DNA from: a bacterium
GTDB lineage: Bacteria; Patescibacteriota; Patescibacteriia; Patescibacteriales; GWC2-42-12
Direction: 5' to 3'
NCBI GenBank assembly: GCA_030650415.1
Contig: JAUSEG010000005.1
Coordinates: 23,333 to 87,332, forward strand
DNA: 64,000 nt
The notes below the pieces were generated by a model. The model saw only the letters and a program-made list of their open reading frames with translations. It did no database searches and was not told the DNA's origin. A program made the position numbers and the translations under genes. Positions 50,700-60,117 of the stretch are shown here, piece by piece (positions within the stretch are counted from its first letter, which is position 1; every line of letters begins with the position of its first letter).

Positions 50700-52787
50700 T
50701 TACTTCTTCCCCTCGTTTTTTTCCCCAATAATCTCTTCGGCGACATTTCTCGGTACTTCGGAATAATAAGCGAATTCCATGCTATAGCTGGCTCGGCCCT
50801 GGGTCATTGATCTTAGCTGAGTGGCGTAACCGAACATTTCTGATAGCGGAACTTTAGCTTTTATAAATTTAACCATGGCCCGGTCGCCCATTTCTTCAAT
50901 CTGCGCCCGCTTAGAATTCAAATCTCCGATAACCTCGCCCATAAAATCCTCCGGGGTTACGGCTTCAACTTTCATAATCGGCTCGAGAATTATCGGCGCG
51001 GCATGACGGCAAGCTTCCTGGAAAGCTATGGAACCGGCAATTTTAAAGGCCGCTTCGGACGAATCGACATCATGATAAGATCCGTCTAAAACCGCCACTT
51101 TAATATCGACAATCGGATAACCGGCTAAAACGCCTCTGTCCAGAGCTTCTTTAACGCCCTTTTCCACAGCCGGAATAAATTCGCGGGGGATTGATCCGCC
51201 CTTAACTTCATCAAGGAATTCAAAACCCTTGCCCTGCTCATTCGGTTCAACTCTAAGCCAGCAATGGCCGTATTGTCCATGGCCGCCCGATTGCTTAATA
51301 TATTTTCCTTCGGCTTCGGCGGATTTTTTAATGGTTTCGCGATAAGCGACTTGCGGTTTACCGACGTTAGCTTCAACTTTAAATTCCCGTTTCATGCGGT
51401 CAACGATAATGTCCAAATGAAGCTCGCCCATGCCCTTAATAATCGTCTGCATGGTTTCTTCATCACTGACCACTCTAAAAGTTGGATCTTCTTCTGATAA
51501 TTTTGATAAGGCCATGCCCATTCTTTCTTGATCGCCCTTGGTTTTCGGTTCAATGGCGATAGAAATAACCGGCTCAGGGAAAGTAATTGATTCTAGAACT
51601 AACGGCCGGCTTTCATCGCATAAAGTATTACCCGTAGTAGTGGCTTTTAAGCCGATTACGGCCGCAATTTCACCGGCATAAACTTCCTGAACTTCTTCTC
51701 TGTGATTCGCATGTAATCTAACAATGCGGCCGATTCTTTCCCGGTTGCCGGTAGAAGTATTTAAAAGATAAGAGCCGGATTTTAAAACTCCGCTATAGAC
51801 TCTGATAAAACAAAGCTTGCCGACGTAGGGATCGGTCGCAATCTTAAAAGCCAGAGCCGCGAACGGCTCGGTATCGGACGGCTTAACCACAATGAGCCTT
51901 TCTTTATCGTCCGGATCAAAACCGGTAATGGCCGGCACTTCGAGGGGCGAAGGCAAGTATTCAATAACCGCGTCTAAGAGCAGCTGCACGCCTTTATTTT
52001 TTAAAGCGCTGCCGCAAAGCACCGGCACAATTTTATTATTTACCACCGCTTGACGCAGGACTCTTTTTAAATCGGCGACGGCGATTTCTTCGCCGGCCAA
52101 ATATTTATTCATTAAAACTTCGTCATTTTCGGCAATCGCCTCAACTAGCTTAGAGCGATACTCTTCAACTTTAGCTTTCATGTCCGCCGGCACTTCCCTA
52201 TCCTCCCACTTAGTACCCAGCTCGTCTAAAAAAAAGCGCGCTTTTCTTTCAAATAAATCTATCATGCCTTGGAACTTATCTTCGGCGCCGATCGGCAGCT
52301 GAACCGGGTGGGCATGCTTAGTCAATCTTTTATGGATTGAGGCTAAATCTTTATAAAAATCCGCGCCGGTGCGATCCATTTTATTAATGAAAGCAATGCG
52401 CGGCACTTTATATTTATCAGCCTGATGCCAAACGGTTTCCGATTGCGGCTCGACTCCGGCCACGCCGTCGAATAACACTACGCCGCCGTCTAAAACACGC
52501 AAAGATCTTTCCACTTCAGCGGTAAAATCCACGTGCCCGGGGGTATCGATTAAATTGATGCGGCAATCTTTCCAAAAACAAGTGGTAGCCGCGCTCGTTA
52601 TAGTTATACCGCGTTCCTGCTCCTGCTCCATCCAATCCATTTCCGCCGTGCCTTCATGCACTTCGCCGATCTTATGCTTTTTTCCGGTATAAAAAAGAAT
52701 CCGCTCGCTGACCGTGGTTTTACCCGCGTCAATATGAGCGATAATGCCGATGTTGCGTGTTTTTTCTAAACTATATTCTCTAGGCAT
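50700..52787 (-). CDS. fusA: Elongation factor G
   Basis: [17 protein letters not shown] and NKMDR motifs. 695 aa. Confidence 0.97.
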   Translation of the reverse strand: MPREYSLEKTRNIGIIAHIDAGKTTVSERILFYTGKKHKIGEVHEGTAEMDWMEQEQERGITITSAATTCFWKDCRINLIDTPGHVDFTAEVERSLRVLDGGVVLFDGVAGVEPQSETVWHQADKYKVPRIAFINKMDRTGADFYKDLASIHKRLTKHAHPVQLPIGAEDKFQGMIDLFERKARFFLDELGTKWEDREVPADMKAKVEEYRSKLVEAIAENDEVLMNKYLAGEEIAVADLKRVLRQAVVNNKIVPVLCGSALKNKGVQLLLDAVIEYLPSPLEVPAITGFDPDDKERLIVVKPSDTEPFAALAFKIATDPYVGKLCFIRVYSGVLKSGSYLLNTSTGNRERIGRIVRLHANHREEVQEVYAGEIAAVIGLKATTTGNTLCDESRPLVLESITFPEPVISIAIEPKTKGDQERMGMALSKLSEEDPTFRVVSDEETMQTIIKGMGELHLDIIVDRMKREFKVEANVGKPQVAYRETIKKSAEAEGKYIKQSGGHGQYGHCWLRVEPNEQGKGFEFLDEVKGGSIPREFIPAVEKGVKEALDRGVLAGYPIVDIKVAVLDGSYHDVDSSEAAFKIAGSIAFQEACRHAAPIILEPIMKVEAVTPEDFMGEVIGDLNSKRAQIEEMGDRAMVKFIKAKVPLSEMFGYATQLRSMTQGRASYSMEFAYYSEVPRNVAEEIIGEKNEGKK

Positions 52788-52798
52788 AATTTAATATT

Positions 52799-52862
52799 TG
52801 TCATTCCCGCGCAGGCGGGAATCCATTTCCTCTGTCATTGCGGCCTCCGAGCCGCAATCCAG
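52799..52862. repeat. Two left-hand type-1 termini in tandem
   Basis: TGTCATTCCCGCGCAGGCGGGAATCCA followed by TGTCATTGCGGCCTCCGAGCCGCAATCCAG. Confidence 0.75.
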
Positions 52863-52908
52863 AATTTTTAATTTTGTAATTTTAAATTTTTAAACAATTC
52901 TCAATGAT

Positions 52909-53958
52909 TCAATTTGTAAATTTGAATGTTGCTAAGATTTGCTTTTGTAAATCATTATCTTCATCAATATAATATAAATCAGCTGGGCATGAACCAAAAC
53001 TAATTACAAGGGTTTTATCGCTAACTGCAGTCTTAACTATTGTCGCCAAGCAACCAGCATCGCCCATCTTATACTTATAGCCAGCATTATTACCGACTTT
53101 TATTGTTTCAAATTTTTCAATTTTTCCATACATATCTTCAATATTATTTGGATCTAATTTTTTATCTGTTAAAGTTAAAGATAATGTGCCACGTTTACTA
53201 TTAAAATAAACATAATTTTCTTCTTTTCCAGCAATACTAAAAACTGTACCGGGGTATTTAAATGAAACCCCGCTCAATTTACTATACTGCAACCATTGGC
53301 TATCTACGACTTTTGGTTTTACCCAATCTTCGTTGATTTTAAAAGTTTTCAGTATCTCCTGTGATATTTTATCATCCTTGAGAAAATTAATTAAAAATAC
53401 TGTTCCTAGTTTATTGGCAGTAAAAATAAAAGTTCTTTCTTTTTCTATTTGCCATCCCCCAGTCTGCCATTGGAAACTTCCTATTATATTAAAAGTAAAA
53501 GCATCTCTACCATCAACTTTTGTAGTAAGGAGGTTTGAAATAAATTTATTTTTAATATTTGGATTATTGTCATCTTTGTTAATCTGCCAAATTTCCTGTG
53601 CATATTCATCTATAGGTTGCTTTACTGCTTCCACGGTTAATACTTCAAAAGAGGAACGATTAACAGGAGTTTTATATTGATAGCCATATTTTTCATTATA
53701 ATAAATTTGCCAATCGTTTGTATCAACGACTTCGGGCTCTTCGGTCAGGTTTTTAGTAATAGCTTGATTATTTTTCTCAAAATTATCGTTAATTTTCTGC
53801 AAATTTTTTACTGCCTGATTTTCAATCTGCTTGCTTTGCTGAATTTGCCCTTGCCATTTTATTGTGCCAAAAGCAATCACGCCAATTACTAAAACAGCTA
53901 CTAGAATAGCTATTAATGCAAAACCTCTTTGTTTAAAAATTTCTTTGTTCGTTTTCAT
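52909..53958 (-). CDS. Hypothetical exported protein with pilin-like N-terminus
   Basis: KQRGFALIAILVAVLVIGVIAF resembles a prepilin leader (G/F cleavage site plus hydrophobic helix) but lacks Glu at +5. The remainder is N/K-rich with 2 Cys near the C-terminus. Confidence 0.45.
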   Translation of the reverse strand: MKTNKEIFKQRGFALIAILVAVLVIGVIAFGTIKWQGQIQQSKQIENQAVKNLQKINDNFEKNNQAITKNLTEEPEVVDTNDWQIYYNEKYGYQYKTPVNRSSFEVLTVEAVKQPIDEYAQEIWQINKDDNNPNIKNKFISNLLTTKVDGRDAFTFNIIGSFQWQTGGWQIEKERTFIFTANKLGTVFLINFLKDDKISQEILKTFKINEDWVKPKVVDSQWLQYSKLSGVSFKYPGTVFSIAGKEENYVYFNSKRGTLSLTLTDKKLDPNNIEDMYGKIEKFETIKVGNNAGYKYKMGDAGCLATIVKTAVSDKTLVISFGSCPADLYYIDEDNDLQKQILATFKFTN

Positions 53959-53972
53959 ACCTACTTCTCCCC

Positions 53973-54000
53973 CTGGATTCCCGCCTGCGCGGGAATGACA
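53973..54000. repeat. Right-hand half of a type-1 element
   Basis: CTGGATTCCCGCCTGCGCGGGAATGACA. Confidence 0.75.
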
Positions 54001-54009
54001 AAAGGTGTA

Positions 54010-54477
54010 TTATCTCGCGAAATGCGCGAAGGCTTTATTGGCTTCGGCCATGCGGTGAACTTCGGCGCGTTTTTTAACGGCCGCGCCCTCGCCTTTCGAA
54101 GCATCAATTATTTCATCAGCCAATTTCTCCGCCATGGGTTTTCCCCGCTTTGCTCTGACCGCGGTAATCAGCCAGCGACAGCCTAAAGTAAAACGGCGTT
54201 CACCTCTGACCTGAAAAGGAATCTGATAGTTAGCGCCGCCGACGCGTCGGCCGCGAATTTCCAATAAGGGACTCACCTGCTTTAAAGCTTTGTTAAAAAC
54301 ATGCCTCGGATCCTGCTTAGTTCTTTCTTTAATAATTTCAAAGCAAGTGTAGACGATTTTCTGCGCTACGGTTTTTTTGCCTCGCTCCATGATGTAATTA
54401 ATAAACTTAGCGATATCCGGATCGTTAAATTTTACATCAAACTGAATTTTTCTCTTGGTGACTGGTTTGCCTCTCAT
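54010..54477 (-). CDS. rpsG: 30S ribosomal protein S7
   Basis: RRVGGANYQIPFQVRGERR, AHFAR C-terminus and synteny. Confidence 0.93.
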   Translation of the reverse strand: MRGKPVTKRKIQFDVKFNDPDIAKFINYIMERGKKTVAQKIVYTCFEIIKERTKQDPRHVFNKALKQVSPLLEIRGRRVGGANYQIPFQVRGERRFTLGCRWLITAVRAKRGKPMAEKLADEIIDASKGEGAAVKKRAEVHRMAEANKAFAHFAR

Positions 54478-54638
54478 ACTTTATTATTATATTAAGTAAA
54501 AATTTAATGGCCGTAGAGTTCTACTCGCTATTAAATTTTTACTTGATTCATTATATTTTTTGAATATCCCGCTTGGCGGGAAAAATATTATTTATCCCCG
54601 GAGGGGGAAAACTTTTTCTAAAAAAGTTTTTAAGGTTG
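54478..54638. repeat. Structured spacer element, copy 2 (rpsL-rpsG)
   Basis: Carries the same 41-nt core and the AAAACTTTTTCTAAAAAAGTTTT palindrome as 42457-42603, plus an extra ATCCCGCTTGGCGGGAAAA hairpin. Confidence 0.85.
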
Positions 54639-55058
54639 TTATTTCTTAGGTCTTTTAGCGCCATAGCGGCTGCGGCTCTGCTTTCTGCCTTCTACGCCCT
54701 GGGTATCGTAAACGCCTCTGATGATTTTATATCTGACGCCCGGCAAATCCTTAGTCCTGCCGCCCTTTAATAAAACGATGGAGTGCTCTTGCAGGTTATG
54801 GCCTTCACCCGGAATATAGGCGGTAACTTCCATGCCGTTTGATAATCTGACGCGGGCGATTTTTCGTAAAGCCGAGTTCGGTTTTTTCGGCGTAGTAGTA
54901 GTAACTTTAACGCAAACTCCGCGTTTAAAAGGCGAACCCTTAGGCAATTCGGTTCTCTTCCGATGCAGAGTGTCCAGCGTTGATTGCAGCGCCGGTGATT
55001 TGGTTTTTGTCTTATTGGAATGTCTGCCCTTGCGGACCAGTTGATTAATAGTAGGCAT
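54639..55058 (-). CDS. rpsL: 30S ribosomal protein S12
   Basis: Start moved to [22 protein letters not shown] motif. Confidence 0.95.
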   Translation of the reverse strand: MPTINQLVRKGRHSNKTKTKSPALQSTLDTLHRKRTELPKGSPFKRGVCVKVTTTTPKKPNSALRKIARVRLSNGMEVTAYIPGEGHNLQEHSIVLLKGGRTKDLPGVRYKIIRGVYDTQGVEGRKQSRSRYGAKRPKK

Positions 55059-55110
55059 AGTAAATAAAAAGTAAAAAAACAAACCCGTATAGGCGGGATA
55101 TTGTAGAATT

Positions 55111-55159
55111 TACCCTGTGAAATCCGGCTCTGCCGGTGCATAGCAATTTCACGGGGTGA
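55111..55159. repeat. Type-2 hairpin element in the rpsL leader
   Basis: ACCCTGTGAAAT-CCGGCTCTGCCGGTGCATAGCA-ATTTCACGGGGTGAA. It ends 52 nt upstream of the rpsL ATG. Confidence 0.75.
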
Positions 55160-55251
55160 ATAACTTATTTTAATTTAACACAAGAAATAAAAACGGTCAA
55201 GGGGTATTTTCTTCCCCCTTGATAAAGGGGGTTAGGGGGATTATATTCTTA

Positions 55252-55848
55252 TTACATCCCAACAATTAATCTGAATAAAAAATTAATTATCGGGATGATT
55301 ATCGGAAAGCCGAAAAAAACAAAGAGCAAGACTAAAACAAAACCATAATGCTCGAGTTGCAATAATTTCATCTGCAAATTATAGGGTAAAAACGGCATGA
55401 GCACTTTTGAACCGTCCAGCGGCGGTATGGGCAGAAGGTTAAAAATCATCAGCACAATATTCGTCTGGACGATGACGGCCAAAAAAGAAACTAGCACAAT
55501 ATTCAATCCAGGCACAAATCTTAAAAATAAACCGAAGAACAAAGCGGTAATTAAATTAGCTAACGGTCCGGCGATCGCCACTTTAGCCGAACCATATTTC
55601 TGATCGCGCAAGTTATAAGGATTAAACGGCACCGGCTTAGCATAACCAAAAGCCAGACCCGTACCGAGGAAAATCAAAGCCGGCATGATAATCGAGCCCC
55701 AAATATCAATATGAGCGACCGGATTAAGGGTTAGCCGGCCGGCATCTCGCGCCGTCGAGTCGCCCAGCCTATCCGCCATCCAGCCATGCATGTATTCATG
55801 GATAACCACGGAAAACAAAATGATAATTAAAGAAAAAATTATGTCCAT
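55252..55848 (-). CDS. Site-2 protease family (M50-like) zinc metalloprotease
   Basis: HEYMHG (HExxH) in TM1 and NLLPIPPLDG (NxxPxxxLDG) motifs. Confidence 0.8.
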   Translation of the reverse strand: MDIIFSLIIILFSVVIHEYMHGWMADRLGDSTARDAGRLTLNPVAHIDIWGSIIMPALIFLGTGLAFGYAKPVPFNPYNLRDQKYGSAKVAIAGPLANLITALFFGLFLRFVPGLNIVLVSFLAVIVQTNIVLMIFNLLPIPPLDGSKVLMPFLPYNLQMKLLQLEHYGFVLVLLFVFFGFPIIIPIINFLFRLIVGM

Positions 55849-55856
55849 ATTTTATT

Positions 55857-55997
55857 TGTCATTGCGAGCGACTGTCTTTTTTTGTCATTCCGGCATCCGC
55901 CAGCTGGCGGAGAGCCTGCCTGCTGGCAGGCGAAGCCGGAATCCATGATTGTGTACTCTGGCCAAATTTCTGGATCCCCGCCTTCGCGGGGATGACA
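55857..55997. repeat. Nested type-1 elements
   Basis: TGTCATTGCGAGCG, then TGTCATTCCGGCATCCGCCAGCTGGCGG...CTGCCTGCTGGCAGG...GCCGGAATCCA...CTGGATCCCCGCCTTCGCGGGGATGACA. Confidence 0.85.
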
Positions 55998-56077
55998 ATC
56001 AAATAAATTCTACCACGCCTTGCCTTTTATTTCAAAAGCTGATAATATAAATCGCATAATAATAAAATAAAATATAT

Positions 56078-56254
56078 ATGGCCAAGAAATGCGAAGTTTG
56101 CGGACGGGGTTCAACTAAGGACGCCTCCAGGTCCCATTCCAATATAAAAACCTTGAAAAGGCAATATTTAAATCTTCAGGTAAAAAAAGTTAACGGTCAG
56201 CGGCAATCGGTTTGCGCCAAGTGTATTAAGACTATGGCCAAGAAAAAAAAATAA
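56078..56254 (+). CDS. rpmB: 50S ribosomal protein L28 (zinc-ribbon form)
   Basis: Below the track cutoff. Hand translation: MAKKCEVCGRGSTKDASRSHSNIKTLKRQYLNLQVKKVNGQRQSVCAKCIKTMAKKKK. Confidence 0.85.
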   Translation: MAKKCEVCGRGSTKDASRSHSNIKTLKRQYLNLQVKKVNGQRQSVCAKCIKTMAKKKK

Positions 56255-56264
56255 CCATTTTTTG

Positions 56265-56307
56265 AAACATCCCGCGTCTAAAGCGAGATGTTTTTTTATG
56301 GCAATTT
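56265..56307 (+). terminator. Rho-independent terminator after rpmB
   Basis: AAACATCCCGC-GTCTAAA-GCGAGATGTTT followed by TTTTTT. Confidence 0.7.
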
Positions 56308-56400
56308 TTACCTATGGCGCAAGCTGCCGATTTTCCTGCCCTGTTTTTTACGGCGTTTTTTAAACGCGACTTTTTTCTTTTTGTTCATAAAATTTTTATA

Positions 56401-57234
56401 TTAAATCGCTAATAATATTATGCCGCCAACCAATAAAATTAAACAAAGTATTTTAATTGAAAAATGCTTTTCATGAAAATAAAATTTTCCGGAAACTACC
56501 GACCAAAAAACGGCCGAAGACCGATAAGCCGACAGAATTACTGAAGCCGGCGCGAAAATATAGGCATAACTGTTTAAAAAAGACGGGATAACATTAACCA
56601 GGGACTGGAAACAAAAAATTTTCTGCTTAAAAAAACTAAAGGGATTCTCTTTGGCTTTAAAAACCGCCATGGGCAAGAGAAAGGCCAACAAAGCCAAATG
56701 TATTATGGTTTGCTCGGCCGCGACCGAATTATAATAAGTAATATCATATTTATATAAGGTGATTGTCGCCACGGCCAGTACGGCCGTGGCTAAAGACAGC
56801 CAGGCGCCCTGTTTTTTTATGCCCTGATAAGAAAAAAGCAGAAACAAAGAAAAAATAATTATGCCCATGCCGGCTAGCTGGTAGCCGTTTATTTGATAAC
56901 CGAACATAAAATCAACCAATAACAAAAGGGGTATGGTCAAAATTCTAATAAACCCATGCGTGCTGCGATCGGCTTTGGCGATAGCGGTCAAAGCGATGTA
57001 AGTCAAAACGATTTCTAAAATAATCCTAATACTTATAATCGGTAACGACGCCGGGGAAAAATTAAATTCACCCTGAAAAATGTTGACGGCGATAAAAATC
57101 AAAGTTACCACAAAACTGTTGACGACCGCCAAACTGTAGAGGCCGATTTGTTTTTTCTTCAACTCAAACTTAGCGATCGAGTCGGAAACTTCGACGAAGA
57201 ACGAGCTTAAAAAAACTATTATAACTCCGAACAT
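56401..57234 (-). CDS. Multi-pass membrane protein, DMT/EamA-like transporter
   Basis: About 10 TM helices in two 5-TM halves. No diagnostic motif, so the family call is tentative. Confidence 0.4.
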   Translation of the reverse strand: MFGVIIVFLSSFFVEVSDSIAKFELKKKQIGLYSLAVVNSFVVTLIFIAVNIFQGEFNFSPASLPIISIRIILEIVLTYIALTAIAKADRSTHGFIRILTIPLLLLVDFMFGYQINGYQLAGMGIIIFSLFLLFSYQGIKKQGAWLSLATAVLAVATITLYKYDITYYNSVAAEQTIIHLALLAFLLPMAVFKAKENPFSFFKQKIFCFQSLVNVIPSFLNSYAYIFAPASVILSAYRSSAVFWSVVSGKFYFHEKHFSIKILCLILLVGGIILLAI

Positions 57235-57250
57235 AAATTAAAGTTTCATC

Positions 57251-57477
57251 TGTCATTGCGAGCCGCCCCTGTAATCAGGGCGAACGCGGGTCTCTCGCTA
57301 TCGCTCGGGATAAACTTCGCAATCTCTGGTTAGCAAGAAAAACGGGGGGAAAAAAATGCTTAATTAACAAAATAAATTTTGTTTTAAAAAAATTTACACT
57401 AGGCTGGTAAAGCGCTTTTAACCAGAGATTGCCACGCTCCCCAGCCCCAAGCTGGGGCTGGGTCGCTCGCAATGACA
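57251..57477. repeat. Type-1 mosaic palindromic element (long form)
   Basis: TGTCATTGCGAGCCGCCCCTGTAATC (same left end as 11868)...AATCTCTGGTT...AACCAGAGATT...CCCCAGCCCCAAGCTGGGGCTGGG...CGCTCGCAATGACA. Confidence 0.85.
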
Positions 57478-57487
57478 TTTAAATTTA

Positions 57488-59014
57488 TTAATTCAATACC
57501 CTGGCAGTCAAATATTCAACCGGCGAATAGTTATCGGTTAGCTTTGTATATAAATTAAAATCAATCTTGCTTAAATCAACTAATTTGCTCTCTGCCCCGC
57601 TAATGATTTTATCCTCATTTTCCGTAACAAATTTATCGCTAAAATCTATATTACGGTCATTATTCAAGCCGACAAAAATAATATTTTGTGTCCGTTTCGG
57701 GTCGGGAGAATTAACCGCGAAAAAATAACTCCTGGGAAAAACCGCCCTTAAGGTTTTCATTTCGGAGAAAATCAATGACGGCGGCCGGCTGTCTAAATTA
57801 CCGATTAAATTAGCCATAAATACGCCGTTGCCGCTCAATCGGCTTTTAGCCAATTTAAAAAATTCTTCGGTGGTAAAATGAACCGGCAAAGAATAAAGAG
57901 AATAATAAACATCGCTAAAAATCAAATCATACTCTTTCTCGGTTTGCTTAAGCCAGCGCCGGCCATCAATAATCTGATTTTTAAGCCGGCCGTCTAGAGG
58001 TACGCGAAAATATTTTTTCCCCAGTTCATAAAGCGACGGTTCAATTTCGGCTACGTCCACAATCTCTAGCGACGGTTCACTAAGCAGCGCCTTAGGAATT
58101 GAATAAGCGCCGCCGCCGATCACCAGAGCCTGCTTCATCTCGGGATTGAATATTTTATAAAGACTATAATATTTTGTATAATCAAAAACCAAGTCTTCGG
58201 AGTCTAAATACATGGCGCCGGAATTGCTTCTATCTTGCTGAAAAAATCTAGTCGGCCGGCCTTTATACTGCCGATCAAAAACAAATAATTTTTCATAAAC
58301 GCCGTCGCGAGAATAAATAAAATTATTTGAATCAATCCGCCGGCTGGCGGACAAAACGAAAAACTCGCCCACGACAAAAATTGCTATTAAAAAAACCGAA
58401 AAAAAATACTTAATTTTAATGCCATTTTTCAAAAACGATAATAAACCGGCTAATGTAAGCAGAACACCGGTGCCAATAATAATCTTATCCACACCAAAGC
58501 TTGGAATAAAAATAAAGCCGGTTAAGAGACTGCCGGCGATACTGCCAAAAGTCGACCAAAAAAATATGGTTCCGCTTATCGCGCCAATACCCTCTTCGGG
58601 GAAGGCTTGACTTTGCAACTTAATGGCATAAGGCGAGAGCATGCCGAGCAGAAGCGCTGGCAAAAAAAATAAAATTGAAGTTGCAATTAGCGGTCCGTAA
58701 ATTAACGACAGCAAATCGCCTAAAATCGGCAATAAAAAAATGATAATCGCTTCCAAGCCGATTACGGTTAAGCCGCTAATTAAAATAATGGCGTAAAACC
58801 AAGCCTCTTTCGGACGCTTATCCGCCAGCCGGCCGCCAAAATAATAACCCAGGCTTAGAGCCGCCAATATTACTCCAAGTATACTGGAAACGGTATAAAT
58901 AGTGTTGCCAAAATAAGGGGATAAAACCCGGGTGGCTATAACTTCCAGAACCAAGACGCAGCCGCCGGTAATAAATACCACGCCTGGCAAAATTATTTTT
59001 TTTAATTTTATCAT
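57488..59014 (-). CDS. Membrane-fused spermidine/spermine synthase-like aminopropyltransferase
   Basis: N-terminal ~7 TM helices, then ALVIGGGAYSIPKAL, VDVAEIEP, DGRRWL and YDLIFSDVY (class I MTase-like spermidine synthase fold). Confidence 0.65.
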   Translation of the reverse strand: MIKLKKIILPGVVFITGGCVLVLEVIATRVLSPYFGNTIYTVSSILGVILAALSLGYYFGGRLADKRPKEAWFYAIILISGLTVIGLEAIIIFLLPILGDLLSLIYGPLIATSILFFLPALLLGMLSPYAIKLQSQAFPEEGIGAISGTIFFWSTFGSIAGSLLTGFIFIPSFGVDKIIIGTGVLLTLAGLLSFLKNGIKIKYFFSVFLIAIFVVGEFFVLSASRRIDSNNFIYSRDGVYEKLFVFDRQYKGRPTRFFQQDRSNSGAMYLDSEDLVFDYTKYYSLYKIFNPEMKQALVIGGGAYSIPKALLSEPSLEIVDVAEIEPSLYELGKKYFRVPLDGRLKNQIIDGRRWLKQTEKEYDLIFSDVYYSLYSLPVHFTTEEFFKLAKSRLSGNGVFMANLIGNLDSRPPSLIFSEMKTLRAVFPRSYFFAVNSPDPKRTQNIIFVGLNNDRNIDFSDKFVTENEDKIISGAESKLVDLSKIDFNLYTKLTDNYSPVEYLTARVLN

Positions 59015-59044
59015 AAAAATTAAAGCAATTAGCCTTAAAACTAA

Positions 59045-60103
59045 TTAGCTCGCGTTTTCTTTTTTCGTAAAATAATAATAAATATCCAGTAGAGCGAAAA
59101 GCAGGCTTAAAATAATCGGACCGAGCAACACGCCGATCACGCCGAAAAAGGAAATACCGCCTAAGAGCGAAAGCAGCACGAGCAAAGGATGCAGTTCGGT
59201 GCTCCGGCCGATAAGTTTTGGCGCCAGCAGATTATCAATCAAGCCGACGGCCAGAACATCCCAAATTAATAAACCGGCGGCGGAAAAAGGTTGACCGCCG
59301 ATAAAGAGCAAAATAATCGCCGGCACGAAGATTAGCGACGTGCCAAGGGTGGGAATTAAGGAAGTTATCGCCGCGGCCGTGCCCCAGAGAATATAATTTG
59401 GTACGCCAAAAATCGCAAAGCCGATCGAGGTTAACGTTCCTTGAATTAAAGCGATCACAAAATAACCTTTAACCACCGAACTCATCGCTAGGCCAAGCTT
59501 ATTAATTATCATCTCGTCGTCAGCGTCGTTAAGCGGACTTAAGCAAATAATTTTTTTTCTTAAACTGCCTCCGTCAATCAATAAATAAAAAAGAGAAATT
59601 AAAAACAAAAATGCCGTTAAAACCATGCTGGCGAAGTTGGAAAAAATCGCGCCGAGATGATTAAGCATCCAGCTTAAGCCCTGTTTTAAATACAATTCAA
59701 AATCCAAAGAAAATTCCGGCGAGTTGGGAAAACGCTGATGAATATCGCCGGCCAGCTGGTTTAAGGATCTTAGGATGGTATCTTTAGCGCCGTCGGCCGC
59801 CAAGCTGATATACAAATTTTTGGCTTCTTTTAGTATCTGAACTCCCAAAAACATTAAAGGCGTAAAAATTAAAATAACGATTATAATTATGGTAATAAAA
59901 GAAGCTACCGCTTCAAACTTAAAAGTATATTTTAATATTTTACGGTAGAGGGGCTGAAATAAAACGGCGAAAACCATAGCTAAAGTGAAAGCAAAAAGAA
60001 ACGGCCGAAGAATAAAAAAAGATAAGACAAAAGTTATGGCCAGCAGAATCAACAAAAAATAAAACTGCGGTTTTTGATTGCCGGCGCCATTGGAAATTTT
60101 CAT
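59045..60103 (-). CDS. AI-2E family transporter (PerM/UPF0118)
   Basis: 8-TM pattern, with C-terminal GLIDNLLAPKLIG...HPLLVLLSLLGG..FFGVIGVLLGPI. Confidence 0.7.
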   Translation of the reverse strand: MKISNGAGNQKPQFYFLLILLAITFVLSFFILRPFLFAFTLAMVFAVLFQPLYRKILKYTFKFEAVASFITIIIIVILIFTPLMFLGVQILKEAKNLYISLAADGAKDTILRSLNQLAGDIHQRFPNSPEFSLDFELYLKQGLSWMLNHLGAIFSNFASMVLTAFLFLISLFYLLIDGGSLRKKIICLSPLNDADDEMIINKLGLAMSSVVKGYFVIALIQGTLTSIGFAIFGVPNYILWGTAAAITSLIPTLGTSLIFVPAIILLFIGGQPFSAAGLLIWDVLAVGLIDNLLAPKLIGRSTELHPLLVLLSLLGGISFFGVIGVLLGPIILSLLFALLDIYYYFTKKENAS

Positions 60104-60117
60104 AATTTTATAATTAA

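Noticed and set aside
54767-55141. 124-aa minus-strand ORF overlapping rpsL in another frame
   Set aside because: It is an off-frame overlap with S12 and extends into the leader hairpin element. Its sequence has no support as a protein.
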